Source: a virus. Taken from it: a stretch of DNA of 6,479 bases. Each line of letters opens with the position of its first letter. Position 1 is the first letter of the stretch. The translations under genes and the position numbers were made by a program. The notes under the pieces were generated by a model. That model was not told the origin of the DNA, ran no database searches, and saw nothing but the letters and a program-made list of their open reading frames with translations. This document shows positions 4,369 to 6,479 of this stretch, one piece after another. The stretch is from the IMG/VR virus record IMGVR_UViG_3300022758_000007, positions 1 through 6,479 of that record; one strand, written 5' to 3'.

Positions 4369-5748
4369 CTACATAATTTCTTTTAATTGCGCAAGTTTTA
4401 TAGCGTTAGTTTTACGATAAGTAACATCTTTTAAATTTATATCGGGGAGAGCGCCAAATTTAGCCTCTAAAGCACGAGTCCTTTTTTGAATAATTTCGTC
4501 TTTAATTCTGAACCAAGTTTCATCTATATTTTCAAGTATCAAATAACGGCATAAAGAAGCAATTTCCACTTCGTTAGCGACATACATATCATCCAGAGCA
4601 GAATAAGGTATCTCACTATAATAATCGATCAACTTACCAAGAGGTTTCTTGCATATCTGAGGGGATAAAAACCAATATTTACGAAGCACTTTTTTCTCAA
4701 TATCCGAAATAACAGGCTTATCCAAGTAATTAGCAACGGCATGAATAGAATACCTTCTAGAAATCAAATCACAAAGCTTTTTATGAGAATCGCGAACAAG
4801 CTTAGAGACCACAGTAGACTTAGCAGGAAAATACAAGCACCTAAAATAATCAGGGAGAGATATAGTAGTAGTCATTCCTGAATAAGGGTCACAAACGGAA
4901 ATATCCAAACATTGAGGATTCTTACGATAGAAATCGATATATTGCTTAGCGTACTTAGCACCTAGACCACCATCTTTACGAGAAGATAGAAAAAATATAG
5001 GATTCATACCTTTGGGAACATAGGGTTGCTTACGCATATACTTCATTACATAACCGATAGCACCTTTATCACAAGGCAATGTATAAACATAACCAATGGG
5101 AGAATAAATGGGTTTCTTACCATCATATCCTGCGATCTTAGACCAACACTTTTCAATAAAGTGGGTGACATTCCAAATATTGCGAAACGATCCTTCACGA
5201 GGAAAATTCCAAATCAACATATGATAATGAGGACGCTTAGACTTAGAACCATACTCAGCGCAAGCAAAGTAACGAAGATTATGCTTGTAATGAAGACGAT
5301 CAAGAGATATACGAAGACGCTTTAAAAAGAGTTGAACTTCTTCTTTAAATACACCATGCTTAGGTAAATTTTCATTATTGTATGTAAGCGTTAAAAAGAG
5401 AGGAATACTTTCGGAAAAGACATTCTCACAAGTAGCACGGAAAGACCATTCACGAGCCTTCTTATCACGGCAAAGAACACATTTACCACAAGGTACTTGA
5501 ATAAACATAGGAAAGACTTCACCTGTCTTCTCATTGAAAACAGTAAACCGATCAATATTATTAAGAGTAACCTTGAACCTACGAGGAGAGAATTGATAAT
5601 CAGGAAAACGATACTTAAAGTAATTAGCCTGAGCAAAAGAGACATAATGGTCGCCAGAAAGAGTCGTATAACAGCGATGAGTAATAAGAAGCTCCTTTAA
5701 CTGAGGATTACGGATAATAACAGGATGTTCACAAAAAATCTGTTTCAT
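4369..5748 (-). CDS. VP4: Replication initiation protein VP4 (phiX174 gene-A-like HUH rolling-circle endonuclease), 459 aa.
   Basis: RCR motif I is FLTLTY (aa 118-123). Motif II is RPHYHMLIW, with HYH at aa 174-176; I checked that nt 5221-5229 atgataatg reverse-complements to cat tat cat. Motif III is the double-tyrosine GYVMKYMRK (Y233, Y237), matching the Y..KY..K pattern of phiX174 protein A. A CGKCVLC cysteine cluster lies upstream of motif I, as in other Microviridae VP4 proteins. Confidence 0.95.
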   Translation of the reverse strand: MKQIFCEHPVIIRNPQLKELLITHRCYTTLSGDHYVSFAQANYFKYRFPDYQFSPRRFKVTLNNIDRFTVFNEKTGEVFPMFIQVPCGKCVLCRDKKAREWSFRATCENVFSESIPLFLTLTYNNENLPKHGVFKEEVQLFLKRLRISLDRLHYKHNLRYFACAEYGSKSKRPHYHMLIWNFPREGSFRNIWNVTHFIEKCWSKIAGYDGKKPIYSPIGYVYTLPCDKGAIGYVMKYMRKQPYVPKGMNPIFFLSSRKDGGLGAKYAKQYIDFYRKNPQCLDISVCDPYSGMTTTISLPDYFRCLYFPAKSTVVSKLVRDSHKKLCDLISRRYSIHAVANYLDKPVISDIEKKVLRKYWFLSPQICKKPLGKLIDYYSEIPYSALDDMYVANEVEIASLCRYLILENIDETWFRIKDEIIQKRTRALEAKFGALPDINLKDVTYRKTNAIKLAQLKEIM

Positions 5749-5837
5749 AATTAATCAATTTTAGCTCACGGAAGGAGCACTTAGAGCAATACGTAACTGC
5801 GAGCAAAGTCGTTGAAAATCAAACATGTGTCAGTTAC

Positions 5838-5858
5838 TCATATATTATCAAGTTATGG
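5838..5858 (-). other. Candidate viral-strand replication origin (nick site) with a phiX174-ori-like core.
   Basis: The coding strand reads CCATAACTTGATAATATATGA. AACTTGATA (5854..5846) matches 9 consecutive nt of the phiX174 origin CAACTTG^ATATTAATAAC, including the nick position, and is followed by an AT-rich tract. It is intergenic, on the same strand as the genes, and about 100 nt upstream of VP4. A single 9-mer match is not proof. Confidence 0.3.
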
Positions 5859-5882
5859 AGAGCCGATTTTAGAATAAATCGT

Positions 5883-5907
5883 AAAAGGGGAGACATAAGG
5901 TCTCCCC
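5883..5907 (-). terminator. Rho-independent-type terminator directly after VP2.
   Basis: The coding strand reads TAA-ATAC-GGGGAGAC-CTTAT-GTCTCCCC-TTTTAC. It has an 8-bp GC-rich stem (5900-5907 / 5887-5894), a 5-nt loop and a T4 tract, starting 4 nt after the VP2 stop. A second weak hairpin, CGATTT-ATTCTA-AAATCG (5864-5881), follows. Confidence 0.65.
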
Positions 5908-5911
5908 GTAT

Positions 5912-6479
5912 TTACTTACCTAATATAAGACGTAACAGTTTAACAACAGCAGGGAATCCTGACGGCAATTGTTCCAAAAGATCAGGATCAGACATAATAG
6001 CGTCAAAACGCTTGACGGTTTGCTCGTCTTCAAAGCCTCGAATACGAAGAGCTAACGTTTTTGTCAAAAATTCAGCCTCATTCTTTGAAATACGAAGTTT
6101 CTGCTTAATCTCATCAATCAAAGATTGAGCGGATTCCTGCTTAATATAATTATCCAACTCTTTAGAACATTTATCAAGCAATTTAAGATCATTCTCGGCA
6201 ACAGCATTAAGTTGGTCTGTTTCCTCACGAACCAAACGCATGTATTCCTGATATGCTCTAAACGGCAACTTACTTGCCATTATTTGAGTATCAGAACCAA
6301 AGGACGATCCGAAAAGCATTGATAAAGCATCCTCAGTAGATACCTCACGAGACTTAAGACGATTGTCCAGAGATTTACCTTTGTTCTCTTCTTTAACTCC
6401 TTGAACCTGAGCAGCCTTAAGTTTATTATCCAGTGCAACACTAGCAATATTCATGGCAGTCATTTTCTGAGCAAGCAAA
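5912..6479 (-). CDS. VP2: VP2 minor capsid / DNA pilot protein, 3' part. Residues upstream of nt 6352 duplicate the part encoded in 1-127.
   Basis: The ORF is open at the window edge. The track's initial M is really TTG (Leu) inside ...DNSLLAQKMTAMN... It is continuous with 1..435 in the circular molecule. The C-terminal half is charged and helical-looking, as expected for pilot proteins. Stop TAA is at 5914..5912. Confidence 0.85.
   Translation of the reverse strand, partial: LLAQKMTAMNIASVALDNKLKAAQVQGVKEENKGKSLDNRLKSREVSTEDALSMLFGSSFGSDTQIMASKLPFRAYQEYMRLVREETDQLNAVAENDLKLLDKCSKELDNYIKQESAQSLIDEIKQKLRISKNEAEFLTKTLALRIRGFEDEQTVKRFDAIMSDPDLLEQLPSGFPAVVKLLRLILGK
6353..6479. repeat. Terminal direct overlap, copy 2, identical to 1-127.
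   Basis: Same comparison as for copy 1. The window ends inside the repeat, so the overlap is at least 127 nt and is exactly 127 nt as given. Confidence 0.95.

Noticed and set aside
4364-4371. A Bacteroides-type -7 promoter box TAnnTTTG (TAGTTTTG on the minus strand, overlapping the VP4 stop), with CTTG about 20 nt upstream.
   Set aside because: A quick, non-exhaustive scan found further TAnnTTTG matches on the same strand inside coding regions (3540-3547, 4134-4141, 4455-4462). The motif therefore occurs at chance frequency in this AT-rich genome, and the -33 element is imperfect. This is not enough to call a promoter.
3600-6478. Track ORF starts shown as M at 6478, 3817 and 3600.
   Set aside because: The underlying codons are TTG (6478, an internal Leu of VP2), TTG (3817) and GTG (3600). 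The VP2 case is a window-edge truncation. For the other two, in-frame ATGs at 3790 and 3594 with the shared AT-rich context are more plausible starts.
1-6479. Possibility of a defence or anti-defence system, toxin-antitoxin pair, integrase or prophage att sites, a CRISPR array, or recoded stop codons.
   Set aside because: There are no repeat-spacer arrays and no integrase, recombinase or transposase-like ORF. All large ORFs are explained by VP1, VP2 and VP4. Standard-code translation gives uninterrupted hallmark proteins ending in TAG or TAA. Any such function could only hide among the four small ORFans, and I cannot assign those from sequence alone.

Overview
The window is one complete circular ssDNA phage genome of the family Microviridae, not of the phiX174 type and tentatively Alpavirinae-like, plus a 127-nt overlap. 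Nt 1-127 are identical to nt 6353-6479, so the unit genome is 6352 nt. All credible genes lie on the minus strand, so the window shows the complement of the coding, and presumably packaged, strand. Reading the minus strand, the order is: VP4 rolling-circle replication initiator (5748->4369); a 160-nt AT-rich spacer; four tightly coupled small ORFan genes (about 4208->3397), two of them below the ORF-track cutoff; an unusually long 810-aa major capsid protein VP1 (3394->962); a 206-nt GC/CpG-rich structured non-coding island (961->756); a 106-aa VP3-like protein (755->435); and the VP2 pilot/minor capsid protein. VP2 starts at 435, crosses the circular junction and ends at 5912, for 291 aa in total. 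It is followed by a hairpin plus T-run terminator and the 163-nt VP2-VP4 intergenic region. I see no rRNA, tRNA, CRISPR array, integrase, transposase or recognisable defence or toxin system. The points most worth follow-up are listed here. (1) A roughly 260-aa insertion in VP1 carries a recent 30-nt tandem duplication. (2) The GC-rich island contains an 18-bp perfect palindrome. (3) A phiX174-origin-like AACTTGATA core sits on the coding strand upstream of VP4. (4) An A10 run sits where an ATG-initiated frame and the long open frame of a small gene differ by -1. (5) A small membrane-anchored, lipoprotein-like ORF just upstream of VP1 is a candidate lysis or membrane factor. All family assignments rest on motifs I recognised by eye. 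No database search was possible.
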